Origin: Candidatus Woesearchaeota archaeon
GTDB taxonomy: Archaea > Nanobdellota > Nanobdellia > UBA10117
Assembly (NCBI GenBank): GCA_964354105.1
Contig: CAYGXM010000002.1
Coordinates: 14,398-78,397 of the forward strand
Reading direction: 5' to 3'
Length of the DNA stretch: 64,000 bases
Shown here piece by piece: positions 9,295-21,900 of this stretch (position 1 is the first letter of the stretch; every line of letters begins with the position of its first letter). The position numbers and the translations under genes were made by a program. The notes under the pieces were generated by a model, which saw nothing but the letters and a program-made list of their open reading frames with translations, was not told the origin of the DNA and searched no databases.

Positions 9295-9912
9295 ATGGCC
9301 ATGGGCAAAGACGCGTTGCTTATTTATTGGCGCACAACAGGCATATTAACAGATGAAAAAATTCTAGATGCATTCAAAAAAGTGCCCAGAGAAAACTTTG
9401 TCCTGCAAAAATACAGAGCTGAGGCGTATTTTGACGAGCCTCTTCCAATAGGATACGGACAAACAATATCGCAGCCGACAACTGTGGCAATAATGACTTC
9501 TGCTTTGGAGCCTGATAAAGGCGATAAAATACTTGAAATAGGCGCAGGTTCAGGCTATCAAGCAGCCATAATATCAGAACTAATCGGCGATAAAGGAAAG
9601 CTCTATACTCTGGAAAGAATTAAAGAGCTGGCAAGTTTTGCAAAACAAAACTTAAAATCTTACAAGAATGTTTCAGTTATTCATGCAGACGGCACAAAAG
9701 GCTATGCAAAAGCTGCACCTTATGACAGAATTATTGTAACAGCTGCGGCATCAGAGCTTCCCTTGCAGATATTCAAGCAGCTCAAAGAAAAAGGTACAAT
9801 GGTTATTCCCATAGAAGACCATTTATTTAAGATCGCAAAGCAGAAAAGCAAGCCAGTGATGGAAGATTTAGGCTTGTTTGCTTTTGTGCCTTTGGTTATT
9901 GGGAAAGCCTGA
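9295..9912 (+). CDS. pcm: protein-L-isoaspartate O-methyltransferase
   Basis: VPRENF, GYGQTISQPTTVA, ILEIGAGSGYQAA, PYDRIIVTAAA, GTMVIPI. Full-length canonical PCMT. Confidence 0.85.
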   Translation: MAMGKDALLIYWRTTGILTDEKILDAFKKVPRENFVLQKYRAEAYFDEPLPIGYGQTISQPTTVAIMTSALEPDKGDKILEIGAGSGYQAAIISELIGDKGKLYTLERIKELASFAKQNLKSYKNVSVIHADGTKGYAKAAPYDRIIVTAAASELPLQIFKQLKEKGTMVIPIEDHLFKIAKQKSKPVMEDLGLFAFVPLVIGKA

Positions 9913-9985
9913 GGGAATCTGTTAGGGTTCATAAGCTCTACATCGTTCTTGCAAGTTAAAGTTCAACTAACATAAGAGCTTCCCC

Positions 9986-10615
9986 TTATCCAATCGTATA
10001 CAAAACTTCTTGTAATTTGAATGTTGTTCCTGGCTCAACAAAAACTTGCAGCTCGAAATTAGCCGAGGTAAATTCGCCTGAACTTAGGTAACAGCTATCC
10101 ATGCAAACTGCAGTAACTGAGCCGCTTGCTGAATTCTCTCCGAGATTGCCTGGCCAATCTAATTTTTTACCTTCGTCTATCAATAAGCTTGCATTTTGCT
10201 CGACTTCAACTGCATGCGCCGCAGGTATTCCTGTTGCAGTGCCTGTTATCAAGGACGGCTTTTCCTTTTGCCCGACATTTGTATAAACCAAAGACCTTGA
10301 ATTGCCATTTGCCAGATAAATTGCAACATCGCCCTCGCCCTTAGTTTCGCCGGACAAGCTGAACGAACTAATATAAATCGGCTCGCTGGAAGCTGATTTT
10401 AAATCAAGGGCCTGGCTTTCTGTAAATTCCATGTTCAGGATTTGAGCTTTTGTGTCTGATGCCACAAATCCTGTCATGGATGTACCAAAGAACAGCAAAG
10501 GCACTGCTATAATCGCAGCTATTATGAATATAAACTCGTATTTGCGAAGCTTAGACTCACTGTCAATTTTTGCATTCTTTGCTTCCTTGCCTATCATCAC
10601 TGATTTCATATTCAT
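9986..10615 (-). CDS. membrane-anchored surface protein, small paralog of the giant proteins' N-terminal module (209 aa)
   Basis: N-terminal TM, then SLSGETKGEGDVAIYLANGNSRSLVY ... ITG ... CMDSCY, the same module as in 10612-11076 and in both giants. Confidence 0.55.
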   Translation of the reverse strand: MNMKSVMIGKEAKNAKIDSESKLRKYEFIFIIAAIIAVPLLFFGTSMTGFVASDTKAQILNMEFTESQALDLKSASSEPIYISSFSLSGETKGEGDVAIYLANGNSRSLVYTNVGQKEKPSLITGTATGIPAAHAVEVEQNASLLIDEGKKLDWPGNLGENSASGSVTAVCMDSCYLSSGEFTSANFELQVFVEPGTTFKLQEVLYTIG

Positions 10616-11076
10616 TTGTAGACTACCCTGCTAATTATAATACTTGTGCTTGGTTCCAGCTCAACATACAGCGAATAAGGATGATTTTCAGTTGTGAAGT
10701 AGCAAGTTTCTTCGCAGGCATTCCTAAAGTAATTCGCATCTGCCTGGGATGCAGCAACATAGCCTGTTATTCCCGCCGGCTTTTGCGTCTGCAGGCCTGA
10801 ATAAACCAAAAGCCTATGATTGTCTGAATCCTGAAGATAAACCTTGGCCTTGCCCGGCCCTTTGATAATTCCTGTTATGCTGAATGAAGTTATATCATCG
10901 TCTATGCTTAAATTATGGGCTGATGTCTCTGAGATTTCCAAGTTTACATCCTGGCCGCTGTATTGTGGGTTAAATATGGCTGCGGAATGTGTATTTAACA
11001 AAAAGGGGGCAAATAGCACAATAATTATAGCAAGTACTAATAATATTGTCAGGTTTTTATGCTTCATCTTTTCCAA
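10612..11076 (-). CDS. membrane-anchored surface protein, small paralog of the giant proteins' N-terminal module (154 aa)
   Basis: TM, then SITGIIKGPGKAKVYLQDSDNHRLLVYSG...AGITG...CEETCY. Overlaps neighbours by 4 and 20 nt. Confidence 0.55.
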   Translation of the reverse strand: MEKMKHKNLTILLVLAIIIVLFAPFLLNTHSAAIFNPQYSGQDVNLEISETSAHNLSIDDDITSFSITGIIKGPGKAKVYLQDSDNHRLLVYSGLQTQKPAGITGYVAASQADANYFRNACEETCYFTTENHPYSLYVELEPSTSIIISRVVYK

Positions 11077-12937
11077 ATCCTATTGATGCCCTTTTCAGCT
11101 CTTCCTGGGCGAGCTTGACCTTTTCCTGCGCCATTTTCATTTTGTCCTCGGCTATTTTTTTCTTGTATTCCTGCAGCATCTTTTCAGCCTGCTGTTTTTC
11201 TGAAAATGCAATCTGTTTTATCTTTATGGCTTCAGCGCGCTCCTTTGCAATTTCCTCTTTAGCCTTTTCCTTTTCTTTTGCAATTGAATCCTGCAGGGCT
11301 TTCTTAGCTAATTGCGCAGCTTTCAGCTCTTCGGCAGCTTTCAATTTTGTTGCTTCAGCTGCCTTCACTCTTTCTATAGCTGCTTTCTTGATGTTGGCGA
11401 CATCTGAGAGCCTTTTGTTGATTACAAACTGTTCCTTCTCAAACTGCTTCATCTTTGTAGCCTTGACTTTTGCAAGCTCTGAATCTACCTTCTTCTTTTC
11501 AGCAGTTATTGCATGATTTTGTGATAGAATGTATTGATAGCGGTCTTCAACCTGTGCCCTCAACTGTTCTGCCTGTTCTTTCTCTTCCTTGATTTTTGCC
11601 AAGGCCTCCTCAACTATCTCCTTTGCAGAGCATGCGTTGTTCCTTTCCTGCTCAACTGTGCTCTTTTGTAATGCTAATTCATGAATTTCTTTTTCCAATT
11701 CCAATCTTTTCGTTTCTTCGAGCTTCAAGTCGTCCAAGAGCTTCTGCTTTAACGCATGGGTTTCTTCCAGCTCCATTGAGAGCTTTAATTTATCCTGCTC
11801 AATTTCTCTGAGTTTGTTTTCTGCTTCCCGCCTGAATCCTTCAGTCTTGGCGCGTTCTGCTTCAATCAGCTCCCGGGCTCTTTGTTTTTCATTTTCTATT
11901 TGTGCCCTAAGCTTTTCCTTTTGATTATCCATTTGCTCAGCGAACTTTCGCTTTTGCTCAGCAAGGCTTTCTCTTGCTTTTTGCTTCTGCTCGCTAATAA
12001 CCTCGAGAGCCTTGTGCAACTTCTCATCAATCCTTTCCTTTTCACCCTCAAGATTTTCCCGCTCATTGTGCACGTCCTTTAATTCTGTCTCGACCTCAGC
12101 TTTTTCTTTCATGACGGCATCAAGTTCTGCAGCAGCTTTGCGCTCATGCTCTTCGGCGTTCTTAAGCAGCTGCTCTGTCCTGATTTTCTCTTCATCCAGC
12201 AGCAACCTTGCTTTGTGTGCTTCGTCTTCTGCCAGCCGTTTTTCCTGCAATAAGCTCTCTTCAGTATCTTTTTTGATGCTTTGTAATTTCTCAATCTCGG
12301 ACTTAGCGTTCTTTTGCTCTTCTTCAATCAGCTTTCTTGCTTTCTGCTTTTCTGCAGATAGAATTTCTTCATATCTTTGCTTCAATTGAGAATATCTGTG
12401 ATTCAATGCTGAAATTTTCTCGCTTGCCCTTGCTTTTTCCTCTTCCAGCTTTTCCTTTTGGACATCCAGATTTAGCTGAACACGCTGTCTGGCAATTTCT
12501 AAGTCGTCATAAAGCCTCTTTTTCTCCTTCTCCAAGGCTATTTTTTCCTGCTGCATGCTCCCCAATTCTGTCTTAGTTTCTTGGTGTAATCTTTCTGTTT
12601 CAGAAAGCCTCTCTTCCGATGCCTGCTTTTCAGCTTCTATAGCCTTAACCCTGTCCGCCAGTTGCGTTCTTGCCTCAACAACTGTCTGGATCTGCACCTG
12701 TTTTTTCTTTTTCTCTTCAAACAGTGCATTTTCAAGTTCCTTTATTTTATTCTTGAGATTTTGATTTTCTTTCTGCAATCCTTCAATAGCATTCCGCTTC
12801 TCACCCTTCAGCCTGTCGATTTCCTGGTCTTTGACAATAGCCACGTCAAGTTTTTCAGAGATCTTTTGCTCAAATTCCTCTATCTTCTGCTTTTCTTCCT
12901 TCAATTTTTTGCTTGTGCTAAAGAGATTAAATGCCAT
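11057..12937 (-). CDS. 626-aa cytoplasmic coiled-coil protein (E/K/Q/L/A-rich, no signal or TM)
   Basis: Heptad-like low-complexity sequence throughout. Its start overlaps the end of the 3488-aa gene by 11 nt. Confidence 0.55.
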   Translation of the reverse strand: MAFNLFSTSKKLKEEKQKIEEFEQKISEKLDVAIVKDQEIDRLKGEKRNAIEGLQKENQNLKNKIKELENALFEEKKKKQVQIQTVVEARTQLADRVKAIEAEKQASEERLSETERLHQETKTELGSMQQEKIALEKEKKRLYDDLEIARQRVQLNLDVQKEKLEEEKARASEKISALNHRYSQLKQRYEEILSAEKQKARKLIEEEQKNAKSEIEKLQSIKKDTEESLLQEKRLAEDEAHKARLLLDEEKIRTEQLLKNAEEHERKAAAELDAVMKEKAEVETELKDVHNERENLEGEKERIDEKLHKALEVISEQKQKARESLAEQKRKFAEQMDNQKEKLRAQIENEKQRARELIEAERAKTEGFRREAENKLREIEQDKLKLSMELEETHALKQKLLDDLKLEETKRLELEKEIHELALQKSTVEQERNNACSAKEIVEEALAKIKEEKEQAEQLRAQVEDRYQYILSQNHAITAEKKKVDSELAKVKATKMKQFEKEQFVINKRLSDVANIKKAAIERVKAAEATKLKAAEELKAAQLAKKALQDSIAKEKEKAKEEIAKERAEAIKIKQIAFSEKQQAEKMLQEYKKKIAEDKMKMAQEKVKLAQEELKRASIGFGKDEA

Positions 12938-15900
12938 TATCTTTGTCTCCTCTTGTTATTTTCCTATTTAGATAATTGCTGACCTTATCGTAGAGCCTCT
13001 CCAGGTGCTTACGCTCCTCCGCCAATAATTCAACTTCCAGGGCCATCTCCTCTCTCCTTTTTACAATAAGGGCTATAATAAATATTACGGTTACTGTTGC
13101 GGCTAGAATCCACCACAGCCACCTTCCACCAAAGAACTGTGCTATATTTATCGAGGGCAATGTGGGCAGAACAAATCCGGCAGCTGGCAATGCTTTTCCG
13201 CATATCTCCAGCTGAATTTCTTGGACCATGCCATATGCAGACTTTATCAGATTCCTGGCTAAATCATAATTTCCTCTTGCAGCCGCATCTTCTGCTGCCT
13301 TGAGGATATTATCAAGATCTGTAGTCTTTGTTTTCAATTCATTATACATATTTCGAAGCTCAATCAAGCTGTTGATTATATCCTGCGGAACTCCTGGTGG
13401 CAACACAGGCGCAGTGATGTTAACAGGCACACCAACAGCAGGTGCTGGTGCTGGCGGCACTACGGGCGGAATAACTGCAGACGTGACATCAAAGGCCTTG
13501 CTGGCATTCGCATCAGCTGTCGGCCAGGTTAGTTTAGACACGAAAAGGTACGCGCCAGGCGTTGACGGCGCCGTCAATGTTATCGCGGCTGTAGCTGACT
13601 GGTTTCTTCCAATAAAGATGGTCCGCACATCTAACGCAGTAATGTTTCCGAATGAGTCTTCAATCCATGTTGTCAATGTTCGGTCTTCAGATATTTCCGA
13701 ATTCATGTTAATTGCCTTGACGACTCCTGTAATTGTGCTGCCTGCCGTAACGGATGCGGGCAGGCTGTCTATAATAACATCATACGGGCCGCCATAGCCA
13801 GGTATCTGCACAGAAGGCTGGTTTGAATAATAAAATACCGCATTTGCAGAAGCTGTCGCCTGGGTAAAGTTGTATGTATAGCTTTGGCTGCTCTTTGCTA
13901 TCAATTTTGTCCCATTAAAGGACACTGATGCTCCTCTTGTGAGATTTACAAATGTTGTTAATCCAATATCTGAATCTACAACAGATATTCCAGTTAAATC
14001 CTCTCCGCCCGCATTTACAATCTGGTCCGTTATGAGATATGTTATATTAGTTGTTGTCTGGTTCACAAATGCGACATTCTTGATCAAAATCAGCTGTGCT
14101 GCAGTAATGTTTTGCGGTATCACAATAATTGGCTGGTTTGATTCCACAAACAAACTTGTATTATAGAATGGGTCATAGCCTGTGGCGTTCGCTTTTTGCA
14201 GTGTTATAGTATTATCAACAGAACCCCGTGCGTATGTTAGCAAATAGCTCTCTATGACTTCCTGTGCACCATAAATGGAACCTATGCTCCAATTCTGGCT
14301 GGCGTCAGGGTCTGTTAGTATGGTATTCTCTGACGTTCCTCTTCCATTTGCAAGGTATAATGAAATGTTATAAGTGATATGTGATGAGTTTATGGCCTGC
14401 ACGCTCGGTATTTTATGCAAGAGAAGATTTGCCTTCTGGCCTGATTCAAGTAAGAAAACGCTGTTGTTTGTATAAACACCAGCATGATAATATGTTTTTG
14501 TTGCATTTATTCTTGCATCATATATCTTAGGTGAAGCCATGCCTGTCGTGTCCAAAGTGCAATTATAGAATCCGCTTCCTTCTTCAACATCATAGCAGGC
14601 ATATACAAAACTGCCATTTATTGGCTCAAATTTAGCATTCGCGCCCGTAATAGGATTTGCCAGCTCGTCATAAACATAACCTTTGAATGTAATATTCTGC
14701 CCTTCATAATATTTCGGCGTTCCTGTTGGAGCAGTTACATATGCATACAAAATGCCAAACACATTCAGGAAGTGTGTCGATGTTGCTGCTGTGTAGTTTT
14801 GTGTCTCAGGCAGAATTAATGTTATATTTCTAGGCCCTAATGCAACGTAAGACGTAAGATTTGTTATAATTGGCGCCCCATTATTAATCAATGCACCATT
14901 GTCGTACAACTGCATATTGCCTTCTCCAGCATTGCGGATTCCAGTTATGTTTACAGTCTGGCTCCTATTGACATTAAAGTCACTATTTGTTCCATTCAGC
15001 AGTAATGTGATGTTTGCTGCAGCTTTGTTAACAGTTACAAAGAACGTTTTGCTGCTTGCCGTGTGATTAAAGTCTCCAGGATTAACAACAGTGTAATTAT
15101 AATAGCCCGCAGCTAAAGTTACTGCAGTATTATTTTCAGCATTTATGTTTGTTCCATTTCGGTACATTGTTGCAGATAATAGATTTGTTGAAAACACTGC
15201 TGTAACAGTCTGCGGATAAGTTATATTCAAATCACTTTCAGCACCATTCAAGCTCAAGTTAACATAAGTCTGGGCAATATTTACAGTCAGGAAGAATGTC
15301 TTTGAGCTGCCAGTCTTGTTTGCATCGGTTGGAATAACTGCAGTATAATTATAATAACCTACTGCTAAAGTCGTAATTTCTGAAGTTCCAACATTAGTTC
15401 CATTTCTGTATAATGCCACAGTTCCATTATATCCGATTGCAGTTACATTAGTTGAAGTGCCATAAGTTACAGTCAGATTATTCTGTGCTCCATTTAGATA
15501 CAAATCGACTGCAGTCGGCTGTATGCCGACTGTTAATGTTCTGTTAATGGTATTTGAAGTATAATTTTCTCCGCCTGTTGTATTATATGTATAAACATAA
15601 GTGTTAACTCCTAGTGTTGCAACATCTGAAACTACTGAGCCGCTTCCAATTGTAGTACTATTTCTATACATAGTATACGTTACGTCAGAATCATTTGTAT
15701 TGCTTTCAAATGCGGTTGCATTTGTTTGTGTTGGGTATGTAACGGATTTATCGGCAGCAACGCCATCCAGCAATAAGTTTACTGTTGGTGTTGCTTTGTT
15801 GACTGTCAAGAACCAGGTTTCAGAGCTTGGCAGGTAATTTGAATCACCAGAATTTATGGCGGTGTAGTTGTAAGTTCCGGCTCCTAATGTTGCAATTTCA

Positions 15901-18900
15901 GGATTTGTGACATTAGTTCCATTCCTGTATAATGCCACAGAGCCCGCTGATGTTATTGCAGTAGCATTGCTTTGAGCTCCATAAGTTATTGTGGCATTTG
16001 CCTGTGCTCCATTCAGATACAAGCTGGTTGTTGTCGGCATTTTATTGATTATATAGGTAAATGTGCCTGTGCTGTTTGAATTTCCGGCAGTGTCGTTTGC
16101 ATACCATTTGTAATTATAGCTGCCAGCATTCAATCCGACAAAGGTCTTGCTGTAGACATCTCCAGATTGGACTGCATTAGTGTAATTTGTCCCATTAAAC
16201 TCGAATATTACTGTTCCTACGGCATAATTATCTGTCCAGGTTGCATTGAATTCATATGTCTGTGTCGGTGAGTATGTTGTGGGGCTTGCCGGGCTCTCTG
16301 AAAGATTGAAATATTGCGGCGGAGTCTTGTCTATCACAAACAAGACGGATTCAAATGATGGATAGCCAACATTATTCCTTGCATATACTGTAAGATTATA
16401 TGTGCCTGAAGGCAAAGCGCCTACATTAACTAAGTCAGTCCAGTTAAATATAGGCTGGTTTATTGAATTATTTGAATTTGACTGCACAATCGCACCTGTT
16501 GAATTAGTTATATTATACGAGCTCGCAGTAAGCATGTTGTTTTGTATAAATACATTCAAGTTGAAGTTGGAGCCCCATTGCGAGTTATTCAATGGTGTGA
16601 AAATCTGTATGAGTGGGGGGGTATTATCTATTGTAAAGTTTACTGAGCTATTTTGCTGGTTTCCTAATGTATCATTCGCATACGCTGTAAAGGTGTAATT
16701 GCCTTCGCTGACAGTTGTGGTGTCCCACGTATCATTATAAATTGGCTCTGTCCCCGACATTGTTCCTGATTTCACAATTCCTGACGTATTAGTTATTTCA
16801 TACCAGACAGAATTAACGCCAACTAAATTATCTGTAACATTAACTTCCAGAGTAGTAGTAAAGCCCAAGATGTCATTCTGTACTGGCCTGATATGGACTA
16901 TTACCGGTGGTGTTGCATCAACTGTCAACAATCTTGTTTCACTCTGGCCTGTATTGCTGGCCCCGTCAGTGCAGTTTACATACCATTGATTATATCCTTC
17001 AAGCACTGTTGTATTTGTTATTGTTGTTGCTGTATTATTCGCAACAGAAGCATTAGTTCCGCTCGGCGCATCATTAATGTAAAGCGTACAATTTATGGTT
17101 GTATATTGATTATCTGTTGCATTAAATATAAAATTCTGTGTTTGTGTTGTGCTTGTTGTATTGTTACCTGGCGACATCAAGTTTACAACTGGCGGCGTAG
17201 CATCAACTGTAACAGTCCAGTTTGCCGGCGCGAATGCACAGTTGTTTGATGTGTCGCAAGCCAGACAATTCCACAATATTATACCATTATTCAGATTAGT
17301 TTTTTGGAAAGTTGTTTCATTTGATGTTCCTGTAATTATATTTGTGCTATCGGCTGAGAAAATTCCCGTATAATTCCAATACAAGGTCATGTTAGCAAGC
17401 TGATAATTATCTGTTGCATTACAAGTGAAGTTAAGGTCTTTCCCATTTGCGCTTCCGTTTGGCGGATTCACAAGTGCAGTAGTCGGAGGCGCGCAGTCAG
17501 TTATGTTTATGCTGTCAGACACTGTTATGCGTGGCCTGGTTGGGAACGTTGTCTTGATACAGCTTACATTGTAGGCCTTCAGGCCTGTTGAGCTGAAAGT
17601 TCTTGCATACTGGTAATAATTCGATGTGGCATTATAGGTCATTGAATTGCCTGTTGAGTCTGTGAAATTTATGATGCAAGTAGCACCTGTATTTGTAAAG
17701 TTGTTTCCGCCGAGCACCCTGTAATAATACGCATAAAAGTCTATTGAGCTTCCAACGCAGGCGGGTCTGTTGTTGCCGGGCATTCCAGTGTCATTCTGGT
17801 CCCAGATGAGCAATCTGGAAGTTCCATTTGTCGAGAAATTGGTGAAATGCGCAACATCAAATGTCACTGTTCCTGTTGTATTTTCATAAGTGACATTCTG
17901 GCAAGTCGTGTTGCTGCATATTTCGCCATTAATAAGCACGTTAAAGTCCTCAGTATCGCTCCAGTTAAGGCCTCGTAGCTTCAATTGTGCGCTTGAGTTA
18001 AATGTTGGATTCAGGCCAAAGTCAACTGAAATAAAGTTGTCCGAAATGTTTACATAAGTGTCAAAGTTCTGGCTTGCTGCATTTACACAGCCCTGCCATT
18101 GTATCTGTCCGTATGATGGTATTTCCAGTACTGCCTGCCCATTACAAACATTTGTCAAATCAGGCAGCGTCGCCCAATTTGTCGTATTGCCTGTGTAATT
18201 TGTTGAAATTGGAACTGCAGCTGTGTTGACAGCAAGTGCGTATGTTGCAGAGTTATTTGCATTTCCTGCAGCATCAGAGGCTCTGCAATACCAGTTGTAA
18301 TTGCCATTTGTCATGGTTTTGCTGAATGTTGTGCTGTTGCTTGTTCCAGTAACTATATTCGTCTGGTTCAGCACGCTGTTTATGTAAAGTGAAATATTTG
18401 CGAGTGCGATATTATCTGTTGCAGAACAGTTGAACAGCACAGAGCCATCGCCGTCTACCGCATTATTGGCGGGGCTGTTCTGAGTAACTGTCGGCGGGGT
18501 TATATCCGGAACAGTTACATTAAATGTCATTATATTCGTTGAATTCCAATTGCCCTGCGTGTCATTTGCCCAGATTCGCCAGCCAATTATGCCGCTGGCG
18601 GAGCTGTTGCTCCAAGTAAAGTTGCTCCAATTTCCAGTGCTCGGGCCTATTTGCAGCGGGGAACCATAAACTCCAGTCTTATTTGCCCAAACTCCACCAG
18701 ATTCATTTGTTGAAAGCATTGCATAACTCAAGTTTACATTGTCTGTCCAGTATGCAGAGAGCTTAATTGAGCCAGTATTATTTATTACACTCGCATTCTG
18801 GCTCTGGCTTGACCATCGTGGCGGTTGTATATCTGTCCAATTAACTATAAGTCTTGGCTGCCGAGATGTATTGGTTGCATCATTGCTGCTCACATAATAT

Positions 18901-21900
18901 TTTCTATTAGTTCCTGACTCAGTTTCATCTTTTATTATCCAGCCGAAGTTTTGTGCCTGGTTGTCTGTAAAGTTCTGCACATCTGCAGTTACATTCCAAT
19001 AATAGAATCCAACAGCGTTAACAGATGTATTTGCTAGCTCGTTTGCTGCAAAGTCGCCTCCAGTTGTTGTCCATGAGTTTCCAGTGCTGTAAACATTCCA
19101 TGTTACCTGAAGCTCTACCCAGTTTCTTGCCGGAGACTGCTGGACTTTGTGCGCACCATGAGTTCTTGCGCCCGCCCCGTCAACATTATTAAACATATAA
19201 AGAGAAAGGTTTGCATTGTCTATCCTTACACCTGATGGTATGCTGGATAAATTGAATTTTATTATGCCTCTATGCACACCTGCACCTCCGCTTCTTCCTA
19301 CTCTTATGCTGCTGGCAGAGCCATAATTGCTACCTGTAGAACCCGCTCTGATGTAAGAATCATTTGTCACCGCAGTTCCAGAGTATGTATTCACACCTTG
19401 TACTTCAAATCCTCCCGAAGTTGTAAAATTAAAGGCCGCAAACCCTGTTTGGTCGCCTGGCACAAATGTAATGTTGTAAAGCGTGCCTGGTGTCAAACCA
19501 TATGCTTCTGTTGCCCAGTAATCTTCATCGCAAGATTGTAATGTATATGTATAATTATCGCACCTTGTAAGCACGTCCCCTGCGGGGTTAACAGTCAGGG
19601 TCGCAGTCTGGAACTGCCCGAGCGGATTAACTGCAAATTCGGCAAGCGAACCTGCTGCAGGTGTTGGCTCATCAAGGCCCGGCAATGCAAAACTGCCGTC
19701 AACAGTATAGTTGTAATATGTTATTGCTGAAACGCTTGCTGAGCTTGCTGGCTGTATTATTATGGTATAATTACCGCCAAACAGATCAAAGTTATGTACA
19801 GTATTAGTTTGTGAATAAACAGTCTGGCCTGTGGAGTTTATTATTGTAAGCGCCACATTTACCGGCGCTCCTGCAGCATTTGTTACGCTATTGTTTTGGT
19901 CTGCAGAAACTGCATATGTTTGTGCGGTGTTATTCACAAAAGTTGCATTAACATTACCGGAATTATCTGCTGTTCTCGTGCCAATTGTGTGGCTAGTTGC
20001 AGCTGAAAAACCTGTTGCATTATAGCTGCTGCTTGGTGTTGAAACATTTGCAGTATAACTGCCATCAATCCAAATTTCTGTATGGTTGAAATCGCTGTCA
20101 GCAGGGTTTGTCCAAGTCCAATATATCCAAGTTGCGCCGCGCGATGAAACCGCCAAATTAGTTACAGCTGCGGGGGGTGTTGTATCTGAGCAGGCTAAAG
20201 TTACTGCAGAATCCATAACATTTGTTGTATTTACATTTCCAGTTGTATCTTTAGTGTTAATTGTTATATTATGTGTAGTATTGCAACTGAAACCTGTTGC
20301 GTTATAATATGCATTTGAAGTATTCAATATATTTGAGCCGTCTACGTAGATTATTGCCTCACTGAAGTCAGAGTCGCCCGGATTTGTCCATGCCCAGTAA
20401 ATCCAAGTTGTTCCTGTTGAAGTCTCATTCAAATTCGTAACTGCAGCCGGAGGTGTTGTATCAGGAGGAGGAGTGCTCGCTATTGTCAGATTATAGTTCA
20501 TTGCAGAATAATCAGAATAGGTATTGCTTCCTGCCAAATCAATTGCCCTGCATCTCAAGTCGACATTAGACTGCTCTGCAATTCCAGAAAGGTTCCATAA
20601 GTAAGTGCTTTCATTTGTATGATTGCCAATTGCAGTCCAAGAATAATTATAACCGCCAATAGTATAAGTTATACCTGGGATTATGTATTTATTGCCCGAC
20701 TGGCTGCCAGTTGGAACTGTACTATCCAGATCATTGTTTGTCGAGCTCTCATAATAGCTACCAGTTCCTGTCGGCGGGTAGTTTGCACAGTTCGCGCTGT
20801 CATCCCTTCCAAGATTATAAGTCGCAGAAATAGGAGCAACGCCTACATAATAAGTCTGGCCCAATGTAATCGTTATTGGTGTTGCCAGAGTTCCACTTAT
20901 CCACCCTGATGCACCTGTTCCAGTCAATGTTACTTCCTCAGATATCTGGTTTCCACCACTGCTATACAACGCCATTTCTAGAGTCTCGCTGGCTGAGAGG
21001 CTCGTATCTGCCTGCCAGAACCAGAGTTTAGTTAATGTGGCAGTCCCAGAGCCGGGAATTGTCCACTGGCTATAAAATTCATAGCTTCCAGATGCATAAG
21101 TGCTGTCACTGCAGGAACTTGGAACTTGAGTTGCAGTCTCTGAAGAAGTTGAGTGATTATAGTAAGCATCAATAACATAAGTAATTGTATCATTATCTGC
21201 ATCTGTTGAGCCTGAACAACTTATGTTCACGTCTTCATAGAATATACTGTTGCAGCTGCTGCCATCACAAGTTATGCTTGTTGGTGTTGTTGGCGGGTCA
21301 TTATCTATGTAATTAATAGTTAAAGGAACGTAATCCATTACCAGCCATGAATCCTGGCTGTCGCCAACACTTCCAATAGCCTCATATCTTGTTCTTACCC
21401 AGCCACTTGAATTAACATAATGTAAAAGCCCTGATGTTACTGTATAACTGTCTACTACTGTATTTCCACCATCATTTGTTCTTAAATCTCCTATATCTAC
21501 CCATGTACTGCTAGTCCAATTATATATCCAAACATCCTGTGTGCCAGTCCAACTTCCTTCTGCCGCATCGCCATCGCAGGCAGCAGGAGCAGAACCAGAA
21601 CCATCGTGGCAATATGTTGCAGAAAATGTCATATTTGTGATGTCTGCGCCAGTTATGCCAAGCGAACTGATATTATACTCAAGAACTATTACTGAATTCA
21701 ACGTATCTGTAGATGTTTCACCTGCATAGAAATAAGTTGTATCATCTGCTTGTGTTGCGGTGTATGTTCCGCCTTCCTCATCATCTCCTTCATTATCTGT
21801 CACATAACCTGCATCAGGAGTTCCGCTAGACGGACTTCCCTCTGCAAAACCAGGGTCATCCGGCGTTAATGTAAATGAATAAGTTTCTCCAGGCGTTATG

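Noticed and set aside
11046-12982. Plus-strand ORFs inside the coiled-coil gene (11046-11516, 12012-12389, 12662-12982)
   Set aside because: Ser/Phe/Leu-rich translations of the antisense strand of a low-complexity E/K/Q gene.
14700-16300. Periodic DNA repeats as a possible CRISPR array
   Set aside because: The units are about 245 nt, in-frame and coding (Ig-like protein repeats). There are no short direct repeats with unique spacers, and no cas genes.
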